Positions 25,101 through 37,809 of a stretch of DNA of 64,000 bases are shown here, piece by piece. The notes under the pieces were generated by a model. It worked only from the letters and a program-made list of their open reading frames with translations. It searched no databases and was not told where the DNA came from. This DNA is from Ginglymostoma cirratum (Eukaryota), in assembly GCA_024137785.1 (NCBI GenBank), contig JAHRHZ010000139.1:36479069-36543068 (forward strand), in the 5' to 3' direction. The position numbers were made by a program, and so were the translations under genes. Every line of letters starts with the position of its first letter. Positions within the stretch are counted from its first letter, which is position 1.

Positions 25101-27379
25101 CAGGGATACAATGAAAGAAGTGAGATTCCATTTATCTTTGCTCTTTATCCTCTTGATATAGTAGTTTTTAAGAAACTAGAAACAGGACTACAATTTCTGA
25201 TAGGTTTTGTACTGAGTACTTAAGTATTTAGTGAAAGGCTCCCTGCCTGGTACTAAAGCATGAAAACGCAAAACTCTAACAAAGTTCCTTGAACATGAAC
25301 CTTATTTTTGAACATATTTATAAATTGTATCCTGAATGTGTAGTTCTTGTTTACTTTCGTACCCGTCCAGTGTCATACCTGTGCTGGTTTTCTGAAAATG
25401 TGTGCACTCAATTTAATCCATTGTTCTTTCTCTATATCCTTTTTAAATAGTCCAGTTGTTTAAAATATTTATTTTTTTTAAAAGAACAATCTCCTTTTGA
25501 TTTCTGTCTGATCTCAGATTTCATGTTCTAACAACAAACAAATTACTACTTCTTTTTAATAGTCATTGAGCATAAATCCAAGATAAATTCACTGAACAAT
25601 GCAAGTAGGACTTCTCCACCCCACACCCATCTAGCTTAACAATCTTTATTCCATTACTGTAAACATTTATATTAAATTGGCTCTTAACCCTGTTTATTAC
25701 ATAAGCAGTTTTATTATTCTGTAAGTGCTGTTAACATGTGCTTGCAAAACTATGCGTTGTTAGAATTATACTATAATAAATCATAACTTGAGCTATACTG
25801 ATTATTTGATGAAACAGTATTCCTGCACCAATTTACAGAAGAAGAAATACAATTCATGCTCATGCTTGATGCTTAAAAATTGCGAGCTTTGTATTTCTTG
25901 TTTCATCTCATGGGACCAAGTATGTTGCAGCTCAGATCATTTCTAGCACAGTTCTTGGTCTTTTTAACATGCAATTTTTGTAAGTTTCATCCAAAGATTT
26001 TGTATGACCTAAAAACTATACATCATAACAGATCCCTGATGTAATTAATCTTTATATATTGGCCTCCCACAGAAAATTGACAGATGTGATCAATTTCAAA
26101 TATACTTTTTTATAATGATCCTTACACTTGCATTAAATAATTGAACTTGTCATAGTATCTCAGACTTTCTGCAATTCAATATGGTCTTCATCTGGCTTCT
26201 AGTAACTTTATTATAGTTTGCAAGGTGAGATTGCTTCATATGTTCGATGTTTCTAACTTTTTTTTTAGAAAAAAGAGGTTATTTGTTTCAGTATTGGAGG
26301 CGTAAACTTGCTCTATATGGTTTTTAATCAACTGAGAAGCCATGTTGGAATAAAATAAAATAAATATTTGGGTTAAAATTGGCCCAACTGCATGGAACGA
26401 TATATAGTTGGTGCACTTTGTTGCTTTTGTTTCAATTGACACCTATGCCCACTAAGAATCTGTACTAGATTTGGTTTTTATGAGCAGTTAGACTTCAGTA
26501 AAAAGTGCACAAATAATGTTAAAGACTTGAAAGAAATATGAGAAATAAATTGAAATTCCATTCTTTGAGGATAAGCTGATATAATAGTGAGAGCCCATCT
26601 TTCCTGTAATTACAGTATCACCTTCAGTTAAATTTTAGTTCACAATCTGACTCCTGTTGTTTACTAAGTTCCAAGTCCTAAAATGTTTTATCCATTTGGT
26701 GTTCTGTCCCTCTGTGTATTTTGCTCCTTATTTCATTTTTTAATACAAAATGTATTCCATTTCACGTAACCACATTAAAGTCTATTTCATAATTTGTTTT
26801 GCATGATATTCTTTCTTAGCTTTAAGGTGTTTATAAATCATTCAAATGTTTCTATTATGAATATTTAGAACACCATGAACTTTTTTCACCAAAGCCAATA
26901 TTATGCTGTTGCTATAATTATTACATGAGCTCAAAATTCGTGATGTTTTAGCATGAAGATTACTCTGTGGTTTGAGTAAACTGTTAAAAAAAAAAATTGT
27001 CACAATTGTAACAGTAAATATTTTGAAACCACTCCATGGCCTTGACAATCCTATCTCTACAACCTTTTATTTTGCTCCCTTGTGCAGTGTCCTAGTTCTG
27101 ATTTTTTTTTTTTTTTTTTCTCCCCTCTCTGTTCACCCCTTGCTCTCGTGTCCTACTGCTTTCGCTCAGCCCATGGTGAAAGTACCTCAGTCCATATTTC
27201 TCCAATTCCACTTATGCCTTTGTGGCCCTTCTTAAGACTGATCTTGTAGCCAGACTTTCCAATTATTATCAAATATAATGTGCAAAGAGAAGTTTCTATT
27301 AAAGCTATATGTAGAGATCAACAATGGGGTACAAAATATAGTTTTGCTTCAAACAGCCTTCAGAAAGGTGAATATCTAA

Positions 27380-27600
27380 AAACCAAAATACTGAAGATCC
27401 TGAAAATTTAACATAAAAACAGGTTGCTGGAAATAATCAGCAAGTTTGCAAGATCTGTGGAAGGAACTATTTAACCTGTCAGTTTAATGGATCCTTCATC
27501 AGAACCAGTGAATAATCCTTCAACCAAAAGGTAGTCTTTTGTTTTGCATTGATGCTACCTGACCTGCTGAGTATTTCCAGCATTTTCTGCTTTTATTTGA
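27380..27600. mobile_element. Old palindromic Penelope-type element remnant
   Basis: GCTGGAAATAATCAGCAAGT ... ACCTGCTGAGTATTTCCAGC inverted pair; CCTTCATCAG (reverse CTGATGAAGG). Similar remnants at ~13310-13400, 17190-17540, 30920-31020, 38281-38370, 51250-51350. Confidence 0.6.
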
Positions 27601-28049
27601 AGTGAAAGTACCTTTTTTAAATATTGGGGTTTGTTTGTAATTTACTCACCGCAAAATGTAATCTTCTGGCCTGACCCTACAAGATAAAAATAAACTCCTT
27701 TTTGGTCCATAATTTGTCTTCAGTTTATCTATTGTAATTTTCCTATGGGAGAACTAAATTAAAATGTTTACGTGAGAGATATGACTGATTTTACATATTT
27801 TTGCGCTGGATTTGTGTATCACCCTGATCTCTCAGTTCAAATTTACTGTATTGTACAGTACAAAGGCTGTGTTATTTATATCACAGTCTAATTTCACATT
27901 TGTTATTGCACTCAGTTGAACTTAAACTTTATTTCAGTTGGCTAAACAACCTTAAACATTTGCTAAATGTAGTTTCTGTCAGTTGTACTCATATGCCAAT
28001 CAAGATATCATTACAGTTGACAGTTTGTTTCCCCATCTGTTTAAATTAG

Positions 28050-28125
28050 GTGGCGAGGCATTATACCAGTTGGGAAACGTATACCAAGAACTAGATTTGT
28101 TGCTTTCAAAGTTCCTTTGAAAGGG
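28050..28125 (+). CDS. DUSP11: DUSP11-like coding exon 2 (WRGIIPVGKRIPRTRFVAFKVPLKG)
   Basis: ttaaattag| acceptor, |gtaaga donor; matches the DUSP11 PVGQRMPGTRFIAFKVPL motif. Confidence 0.95.
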
Positions 28126-28479
28126 GTAAGAATATTACTCTTTTTGTGTATTTTAAGCATTTAATAATGGCTTCAAAGTAAAATAATGAGTTTTTTTTTC
28201 TTTCTCATCCCCTCCAAATAAAATTCATTTTATCTAATTGGTCCCAGAATATTATTGTGATGAAATGGTGTATCAATGAGAAGTTGATCTCCAGATCAAC
28301 TTCTTGAAATTTCCACCCCAGTTTGCTCTTAACCATCAGCGAAATGGTGGGAGGTGTCATCAATAGTACTATCAAGTTACTCAATTACACTTAACAATAA
28401 CCTACACTCCATTACTCAATTTGGTTTTTGCTAGGCACACTCAGTTCCCAATCTCATTACAGCCTTAATCCAATCAATG

Positions 28480-29780
28480 ACTAAGAGCTTAACTTTTTTG
28501 AGGGTCATCAGCAACAAGGCAGCATTTGACGGAGTGTGACATCAAAGAGTCCTTGCAAATCTGCATTTGTTGGGATTGGGTAAAAGCTCTCCCTGTTGGA
28601 AGTGATACCTAGCGCAAAGGAATATTGTTGTGATTGTTAAAAGCTCTTGCAACCGAACTTCACTACAGGAGTTCCTCAGGTCAAGTTTTAGCAGCTTCAT
28701 CAATGACTGTCCCTTCATCATAATACCAGAGGTAGAGCTGGTCACTGATCTGGTCACATGTTCAGTACCATTTGCAGCACCTCAGATGCTGAAGTAGCCC
28801 ATCTCGAATGCAGGTTTGGCCTGCAACATGGTAGGTAACAGTTGTGCTAAACAAGTACTGGCGAATGGCCATCTTCAACTAGCGAGAATCCAGTCTCCTC
28901 TTGACATTCAGTGACATTACTGACACTGAATCTGTCACTATCAACATCCTTGAGATTCTCATTGACGCAAAACTGAACTGACCCAGCCTCCACTATATAA
29001 ATACTGTGGCTACAATCGCAGTTCAGCGTTTGCGATTCTGCAACAAATAATTTGCCTCATGATTCCTCAAAACCTGTCCATAATCTACAAGGCACAAATC
29101 AGGAGTGTCATGGAGCAGAGTTTCAGGAGTGAGTTTCTTTGCAAAGGTTTTTTTTTAAACTGATACAGCAATGCTTATATCATCTGTAGCATCAGAAACT
29201 AGGTGTGGATATTGTGACATTGAAGAATCCAACCTTGTGAGCATGTGCCTTGAAGATATCATGATAGTGAGACACCATAATCTAACAAATTCCACTTGTT
29301 TACATTATTATGGTTCCAACAGCACCTAAAAAAAAAAAACCTTGACGTCATCCAGGACAAAGCAGCCTATGTGGTTGACACTCCATTTAATAACTCCGGA
29401 TTTTAATCCCTCATCCACCAACACATCGCAGCAGCATTGTGTATTGCCTTGAAGATGTGCTGCAAAACTCACTAAGCTCCTGAGACAGCACCTTCCCAGC
29501 CTGCGACCTCTAACTCTTGGAAAGACAAGGGTAGTATACAAGTGGGAATGCCATTGCTTGCAAGTTCCCTTCCAAGCCAAATAGCGTCCTGGCTTGAAAC
29601 TGATTTTTTCCATCTGTCACTGGTCAAAATCCTGGAATTTCCTCTTGAACAGCACTGTCAGTATACCTACACCACATGGACTTCAGTGGTTCAAGAAGGC
29701 AGCTCACCATCACCTTCTCAAGGATGGTTGGGAATTAGCAGTAAATGCTGGTTTAGTCAGTGGCATCCACATCGCATGAA
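28480..29780 (+). mobile_element. Degenerate CR1/L2-group LINE 3' portion (interrupted ~29110-29330)
   Basis: RT remnants AAFD.V.HQ, GVPQ, IYKAQIRSVME; tail shared with the SINE at 57715-58078. Confidence 0.75.
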
Positions 29781-30367
29781 GGATTTTTTTTTTCAAAAAC
29801 GTTGGTACATGTCATTAAAATCTGGTTCACTGATGCCGTTTTAGAAGAAATCTGCTCCCCTTACCTGGTCTAGCCTACGTGCGGCTCCAGACCCACAGCA
29901 ACATGGTTGATCTCAGAAATACCTAGTCCTCTGAAATGACTTGGTTCTTTCAAACCACTACAAAGTATATGTTTTCTGTGTTTCAGTTGATTTTTTTTTA
30001 TTTTGTGCTAATAACACCTGATTTTTTTTTTGTCATATTTTAATAAAAAATCTCTCACACAAGGACCGTTTTTTATTTGTCTGTTTGTCTATTAGTAATA
30101 ACATTTTCTTATCCATTCCTCTGGAGTTAATATCTTACAGTTGAAATTTTTTGTTGTGTTCTTGTTTCCCTTTTCTTTTTAAATACATGGAACATACTTA
30201 TGGTTCTGGTTTGCTAATCAGTCTTCTACTTTGTTTACCTCCCTGGCCCACTTCACTTCCCAGACTTGAACCCTCCTTCCTTGTGGAAGAAAATACATCT
30301 GATTCTCAACACCAGCCAAAACTTAATTGTGGGCATTTGTTTATATTTTATATTTTCTTTTTTGCAG

Positions 30368-30499
30368 GCTATAAGCCAAAGACTAACAGCTAATCAAAAG
30401 TTTTCTCCAAAAGACCTAATAGCCAAGATCAAAGAACAGAATGAGGAACTTGGATTAATTATTGACTTGACGTATACGACTCGCTATTACACTGAGAAG
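30368..30499 (+). CDS. DUSP11: DUSP11-like coding exon 3 (AISQRLTANQKFSPKDL...LGLIIDLTYTTRYYTEK)
   Basis: tttgcag| acceptor, |gtataa donor; 132 nt, phase 0-0; family motif EELGLIIDLTYT.RYY. Confidence 0.96.
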
Positions 30500-30597
30500 G
30501 TATAAAATAAATATAATTAAGCATGAAACTTAATTATGGCCTTCAGTGAAATTGAATGGTCAGTTTACACGTTTGTAAATATTCTTCTCTGGTATAG

Positions 30598-30721
30598 GAT
30601 TTGCCCAAAAGTGTACAATATCAAAAACTCTACACTGTTGGACATGAAGTGCCAGACGATGCTACCATTCTGCAGTTTAAACGGAGAGTCAGGAAGTTCT
30701 TGTGGGAAAATGCAGATAATG
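30598..30721 (+). CDS. DUSP11: DUSP11-like coding exon 4 (DLPKSVQYQKLYTVGHEVPDDATILQFKRRVRKFLWENADN)
   Basis: ggtatag| acceptor, G|gtaagt donor; motif TVGHEVPDD.TI..FK. Confidence 0.96.
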
Positions 30722-31081
30722 GTAAGTATTCACAGTTATTATCATCAATTTGAATGCCATTTAAATGGTATGGTTCTTTAATGTCTGGGGGAAAATACTG
30801 AACTGATGCATTAGAAGAATTGGGAATACTTTTAACTTGGAGGAACAGTTGAGGGAGGTTATGTTGGGCACAAATGTGAGTACATTAAGCAGCCTACTCT
30901 AACCCTCTAGAAAATAGGAGGCAGTCAGAACTGCAGATGCTGGAAGCTAGAGTCACTAAATGTGGAGCTGGAAAAGTACAGCAGATCACGCAGCATCTGA
31001 GGAGCAGGAAAGTCAATGATTAAGTGTAGTATGGTTTTCAGCAACTTGAGAGTCAGTAATCTAGGTGGGTTGCTTGTTAAC

Positions 31082-31291
31082 GTAAAAACCAGAAAAAAAA
31101 AATGTGGATGCTGTAAGTGAGGAACAAAAACAAATTGCTGGAAAAGCTCAGCAGGTCTGGCAGCATCTGTGAAGAGAAATCAGAGTTAACACTTTGGGTC
31201 CGGTGACCTTTCCTCAGAAACATTTAACGCTGGTTTCTCTTCATGGATGCTGCTAGACCTGCTGAGCTTTTCCAGCAACTTCTGTTTTTGC
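31082..31291. mobile_element. Palindromic Penelope-type element with degenerate hammerhead on the - strand
   Basis: GCTGGAAAAGCTCAGCAGGTCTGGCAGCATC / GATGCTGCTAGACCTGCTGAGCTTTTCCAGC inverted pair; imperfect TSD TGCTTGTT(T)AAC at 31071 and 31292. Confidence 0.7.
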
Positions 31292-32704
31292 TGCTTGTTT
31301 AACATGGTTATCATTCAGTTGGAGGGATACTGCAAGCATTCTGTCATGTTGAACCAATGGATTTTTGGGATGATGGAAGTCTCCATTGAAAGCAAAGTAA
31401 TAAAACAACAGTCAATGCAGGAGCTAATAGTAATTCCTGGAAATACAGCAATAACTCCGTACTAAAATTTGCTTTCTATGCTACTGTTAGGGGGAGGATC
31501 TGTTCACAGTATTTATGCTGAGTGCTTTTTTTCACACTTCACTGGTTTTGTGAACCACAGCAGAATGAGTGGCACTTTTGCTACTTCTAGATTAAATCTC
31601 TGGAGGAACAACGGGTTGAACAAGTGACAGCATGAGTAGCTGCAGCTTGCTATTTAACAAGCTGCAGTTAGACAGCAGTAGCAGAATAAAGGTGGAAGCT
31701 AAGCTTTCTTGAAATGTCACAAGGCTGTTGTATCGTTCAACATGAATTGTTATGTCAGATGTTGGTAGACATCTGCAACTGTCGTGTACTGTACTAGATT
31801 TGGAACCAGTCAAAATGACTACTGGCTTCAAATTTGTTATGCCTTCAGAATTTTCCAGGAATGGACCACAAGTGCGTAAGATGTATCAAGATCAGCAATT
31901 ATGTGACCTTTTCCTGCAGTGTTACCAATTGGAATGTTTGGGTCCCCCAACTTGTACCTCTGACTGGTTTCCCTTTGGGTACAGCGCATCGTTGTGCGTA
32001 CTTGGCAATTTGTGTATCCACTATAATCAATAAGGAGTACTGATCTCCCAAAAGTTTAGGATAACGGGGAAATAATCTAAAAATTAGTGCCAGATCTTAC
32101 AGGAATGAAATTAGAAAGCGCATCTACACAATGTTTGGTTCCACAAATTGATAGATCAGATTATAAATCTTTGATATTTATGCATTTTTGTTATCCAAAG
32201 GAAGGGTTATGAGAAGATGGGTGCAGGGAATGACATTTGCAGATCAGCTATGATCCTACTGAATGACTGATCAAGCTTAACAGGCCGAATAGTCTATTCG
32301 TATTGTGTTCGGTCCATCAATGTGCAGCTATTATGCATTCCCAAAAGGATACATCTGCAACATGTGTACGGTTGCAATTATATCTTTTGTCCTATGGTAG
32401 CCCAAATTCCCTACCCGCCAGAGCTCAAGTGGAAGCTGCTAGAATGTAAGTGTGATAGGACCTCCAGCAAGTCGCAATGGTGAAGTAAAGCAGTTGGAAC
32501 AGCTGAACGGACTCTTTTCCCTGAGCAAAGAAAATGTCTTTGCAGGAAGAGAGGGGCGATGGAAAGAGGAGAAGTTAACACAAATAGTCATTTCATGCAA
32601 ATTGAGTATAAAGTTTGTTTATCCTTAATTTCCCATTTGTATTTGTAATAACCTGATGCTGTAGAGTACAGTATTCTTTCTTCACAATCCTCGAGCCATC
32701 GGTG

Positions 32705-33025
32705 TAGAACATAGAACATTACAGCGCAGTACAGGCCCTTCGGCCCTCGATGGTTTCACAGGTTGACGCAACAATCTGAAGCCCATCTAGCCTACACTAT
32801 TCCATTATCATCCGTATGTTTATCCAATGACCATTTAAATGCCCTTAAAGTTGGCAAGTCTACTACTGCGGGTAGGGCATTCCACACCTTTACTACTCTG
32901 AGTAAAGAACCTACCTCTGACATCTGTCCTATATCTATCACCCCTCAATTTAAAGCTATGGCCCCTCGTGCTAGCCATCACAATCCGAGGAAAAAGGCTC
33001 TCGCTGTCTGCCCTATCTAATCCTC
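32705..33025 (-). mobile_element. Young CR1-type LINE 3' end
   Basis: (AGAACAT)n tail plus ACAGGCCCTTCGGCCC hairpin. Confidence 0.8.
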
Positions 33026-34249
33026 TGTGTAGTCAAATCTCGTTATATTTCTGGCATTGTTGCCAAGGTTCCATTGCAAATGTATCAAATGGTGGACGAG
33101 GTTGAAAGGCACTAGGCCAAGGTTGAACAGATGTACAGGAGTTGAAACTGCCAAGGTCTATAAGAGAGGCTGAGGCTGCTGTAGGATCATTGGTGAATTG
33201 GGTGTTGTAAGTGGGAATTCAATGTTAGGCCAAATCCAGGCAGAGGCTCGGCTCACTGTATGTGTTCCCTTGACACTACAGTTGAAGGAAGCAATACTCC
33301 AGGTCGCACACATTTTTTTGGCCAGTCAGTAGAAAGCAGGGGAAGACCAGACATGCCCAGTTGACTTGCCAATTGTAAGATGGCAGAAGTGGGTTGCTCC
33401 TAACAGATCTCCTCTGCTCCAACTGCTCTTTTTTTTTTTTCCCTCCTTTTTTCCTGTTTTTGGTCTCCTTTTTCTTCTCTCTTGTTTTTTATTATCTTCC
33501 CTCTGCATTGGAGCTGGCAGCAAATCCCCAGAGTAGTGAGTCCTACAGCTGTGTGTGGGCTGTGAGCCCTACAGCAGCACGTGGAGAAGCAGCCCCGGAG
33601 CATCGCTCAGGCACTGAGTTGGGGGGGCGAGAGTGGGAGCAGGCAGCCAGAGTGTGATGGAGGGGCTGAGGTACAAATCGCAGTACAGCATGACTTACCC
33701 GGTTGCTGAGGAGTGGACTAAAGGCTAGAGCGAAATGAGACAGTTGCTGGACTTGAGCCTGGTGCCACATGCTGAGCTGCTGTTATCAGACTGTATGACC
33801 TTTCACTATGTGGTAACTATATCTGTAAGTAAAGCTTGTGCTTTTCTTTAATCCTGTTTGTATAAGAACAGTTTTTTATTTTACTGTAAGATTTGTACCT
33901 AGGTACTTGTACCTAAGATACCTAAAAGGCAGCCATTGTAAAAACTTTTCACTGAACTCCTATACCTCTGTAGTCCAAGTGACAATAAAATATATTCTTT
34001 TTTTCTAATTGACCAGCTGTTTATTGCAACTGGGGTCTCAACGTGAGTGAGCAGGCAGTGTTTGTGATGGAACATCTGTGCAGGAAACCTCATCAGGAAA
34101 TACTGCGAAGAGGTACTGACTGAAGAGAAGAATCTGGTTTCTGTTTTTGGGGCTGGAGAGTTTGTTCAATAGTATCGTCCTGGATCCCTCCTTCCAATCT
34201 ACCAGAGACAGGATACTGAAGGACTGCCTCGCAAAAGTAGTGAGATTTA

Positions 34250-36150
34250 AATGTCAGAGTCGAGGTTTGATAGTGACAAAACTACATTGTCTAAGTTTTT
34301 GACATGTGGGGTCACATCATCCAAATCATGGGGAAAGATTGAACTCTCAGGACCAGGAAAGGGACGACCGTCAAGATGTGACTGTTGGCATCATTGTAAA
34401 TCTTCTGCCAAAGAGGCAGGCAGAAAAGATCCCGAAACAGTATGTGCAGATCTAGTCCTTGCTAAAAGTGTTGGAATTGAGGTGGGGCTTGGCATTTTAA
34501 ACAAGACTGCCCTCAACAATATGGCCACCAGTGCTGTCAGGGAAAATAGCCAACTTGGCTACTTTCAAACATCTGCCAAGTTGAGAGCAATAGGGACCCA
34601 GTGGGCTGCTGAACACAAGTTTTAATTTTAGACAGTTGGTCAGCTCAGGTGGCTGGATGTCTGGTTTGCAAGGCAGAATGATTCCAACCACATCGGTTCA
34701 ATACCAGCTGAGGTTAGCATGAAAGGACCCTCCATCTCAACTTCTTCCCCTGAGACATGTTAACGGTCAGGATAAACCATTACCAGTCATCTCTCTGTTT
34801 AATGAAAAACCAGCCCTATAGTCAAGTAGGAGTATGGTGACTTCACCTTTACTAGCAGATCAGGGAAAAGTAATATAAATACTGATGCCCTTAGTTAGAT
34901 GACTGACCATAGGAGAAAACTTAGCCCTGCCTAGTAGAAGGGATTCTGTCTGCTGCTGTGCCTCTGCCTCAAGTCGAAAGCTGCAATCAACCACAATTCC
35001 CTGTGACAATTGGATTAAGACTCAGCAGTGCATCACCAATGCGCTTATGAGTGAGATCCAAATGCAGTCCAGATGGGTAGAGCCTAGAGTGGCCAACCTT
35101 TTGCTAGTTAGCTGAAAAGAGAACTTCTGACAGCTTCAGCTGACCTGGTGTGCGCATCCACAGATTGCACCATTATGGAAGGCCTAATATCCGCCAATCC
35201 AGAGTCCAAACCGGCACAGAAACTGAGGTGCTGTAATGAGATCGGTGAGGAGGGTGGCGACCTCTAGTTAACGACAGAAGTTAAGCGACTCTTCCTTCAC
35301 AACAGCCTCAAGTATCAAGTGTTGGTGGCAGTTCATGATCAAACAAGACACCAAGCAACAGAAAAGACAACTGCCCTGACCAGGTTAGCTTTAGATATTA
35401 CCTTCACAATTGAGATGTGTAATCTTTATCAAAGCAGGAAAGCAATCTCACCCCAGCATGTGATTCCTGGTTTCCAAGAGACCTCTAGAGGTATTTGCAA
35501 CAGGTTTATGGTCCTTGACCCTAGTAGGAATGGGACAGAGCATGTTCTTGTACTCTCAGATGTCTTCAAAGGCCGTTCCCATTTAAGATCAAAGGGTCTC
35601 AACTGTAGCCAAAGTGCAGGTGCTCGATTGGTTTGTTCATTTCGGTGTTCTATGTCAGATTCACAGTAATCAGGGGTGCGACTTCAAGAGCAAGATCTGG
35701 CAGGAGCTTTGCAAGGTCTGTGGCATTGCCAACAGCCCCACCACCCCCATCATCCACATGATAATGAACATTGTGAATGATTCAACCTAATATATGCATG
35801 ACAATTTGAGCACCTTGCCTCTGAGAGTAAAGAGAAGTGGCCTGAGTAGTATCTTTTATTTTGTAGCTGGTTTATACTGAATTGTACCCAGCACTCTTCC
35901 ACAGGCTGTTCTCTGCAACATTTCCTATTTGGATGAGACCCAGTCTGATATGTGGACCATCGCCTTGGGCTGACAGCATTTGATGGGGATGGTTAGGTCA
36001 ATGAGTGGATAGTTAACACTCTTTAGGCTGAGCCAGGTATTTGAGATGGCATCCAAGAAGACTGAAGCACTGAAAAGAAAAACGCCAATCAATCATAAGT
36101 CTGACCTCCAGTTCTATGTGAAGGTGTTCCTCTAAAATGTGAATATTTGG
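34250..36150 (+). mobile_element. Decayed Ty3/Gypsy LTR-retrotransposon pol remnant (RNase H end and integrase)
   Basis: Fragments ENSQLGYFQTSAKLRAIGTQWAAE (34500-34620), RSGKSNINTDALS (~34857-34895), VHDQTRHQATEKTTALTR (~35330, HH of the HHCC finger), FMVLDPSRNGTEHVLVLSDVF and DQRVSTVAKV...WFVHFGVLCQIHSNQGCDFKS (35500-35695). Confidence 0.8.
34632..34850 (+). mobile_element. tRNA-derived SINE nested in the Gypsy pol remnant
   Basis: A-box-like CAGCTCAGGTGG, B-box-like GGTTCAATACC; Gypsy peptide resumes directly after it. Confidence 0.6.
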
Positions 36151-37259
36151 GATCAGAATAAGAAAGATGATGTTTGGGTCTCTGAATCCCCCAGAGTCAT
36201 CAAGTGACAACCTCTGGGAGCAGGAGTCTGTTGGATGATGTAGAGGGAAGCAGCTTGCTTGTGTTGCATATTGTGAAGTGTTGGTGCTTTGGTAACTTAA
36301 ATAAATGGAGTTGAATAGTGATATGGAATCCTGGTGTGACCTACATTGATGTGAATCTAGGGGTGCATCCAGTGCAGAGAGGCATGTGTAAGCTTACTTG
36401 GTGTGATCAACTGCATGCCGCTCCATCTGTGCAAGAAGGCTTCAGATTAATGACATTATCCTGCAAGAGTGAGGCTGACTGCTGTATTCTGTACAGTTGG
36501 TAATGTGCTTAAAGGCTTGTCAAAACTGTGTTCTCTGCTGCTTGGAAATATCCTTTTTTGTCAAAGGTTCTAGAGTACAGCATCCACCTTGCCAAGCTTG
36601 ATTTGGACAAACCTGTGCCCTGAGGTGCTGGCTTTCTATAGTGCGCACTCAAGTTTCCTTGTGAAGCGAGTCATCAGGTAAAAACCCAATAATCTGTCCA
36701 ACAAGTCTGAGTAAGTCTGGTGCGTGGTAAACATGAGTTCAGTGCAGTGTACCTTCAGAGCAACTCATGTCCTCTGCGGATTTGTTATCCGCAAGGTCAG
36801 TGAACTCCTGCATACTTGAAGGCCATGCTTGTGATAAAAGTGCTGAATTGTATTGAATTAGTACTGCCAAGGTAAAAATGTTGCAACTTCTCACATTTCT
36901 CTCCCTACAGGGATCAAAACGTAGCTGAGTGTTGTGTGATCTACACGTTCTAATTGATTTTGTCATTAGCCAAAAGAAACCACTGATCTCTGTAGCTTCC
37001 TCTCCTCCTGCAGTTGGTACTGTGGATGTTCACCTTGACAATTTTTCCTTGTGTTTTGTGTTCTTTTCCCTGCACATACGGAATGAGCCGATCTAATGTT
37101 TGACCACAATGGTATGTGTTCACCCAGTGAATGAAATGCGATTGAGGATGAATAGCAACAAAAAGCAGGTGAATGGTAGCATTGAATGGTCAAATAGGGA
37201 TATGAGAAGAACACAAATTGCAAATGTTCTGAGTGTGAATTGTGATCTGACAGAATAAT

Positions 37260-37575
37260 GAGACAGTGGTGTAGGAGTGGTCTAGTAGCCCTGAGACCAG
37301 GCCAAATCACTGGGGATATGGCTTCAAATTATACTTTAAAATCTGACGAAGTCTGGAATTGAAAACCAGTCTCGATTTGGCTGTGAAACAGTCATTAACT
37401 TGTCATAAAAATCCACCTGGTTCACGAGTGGCCTTTACGGAAGATAATCTGCTATCCTGTTTGGTTTGGCCTAAATGTAACTCTAGACTTGGTAGTGTGC
37501 TTAACTCTTAACTGCCTTATGAACTATCCTAGCACGTCACTCAGTTGAAGGACAATTAGGGATGACCAATAACTG
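37260..37575 (+). mobile_element. tRNA-derived SINE, same family as 57715-58078 (degenerate)
   Basis: Shared core CTGGTTCAC...TTTACGGAAG...TGGCCTAAATGTAACTCTAGAC and tail. Further copies at 29815-29965 and ~44660-44870. Confidence 0.7.
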
Positions 37576-37809
37576 AAAGTGTGGACTGCAGGAAAATTTC
37601 AGTGATAATTTCAGGAATGGTCGGGTGGGGAGAGAAGTAGTGGTAGGAATTCAATTTGTAGGACTGAGGTAATGCCTCTGAGGAAGGTAAGAGGCGGTGG
37701 TGGTGGCGGCGGCGGCTACACAGGATAGGATTTTGCTACAATGGATCATTTTTGACTGAAACATTAAAAGGCAGTTTGTTTCCTTTTGGAACAGACAAGT
37801 TAAGAGGAA

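Noticed and set aside
36300-36960. Faint Harbinger-transposase-like phrases
   Set aside because: Too degenerate to support by eye; needs an HMM search.
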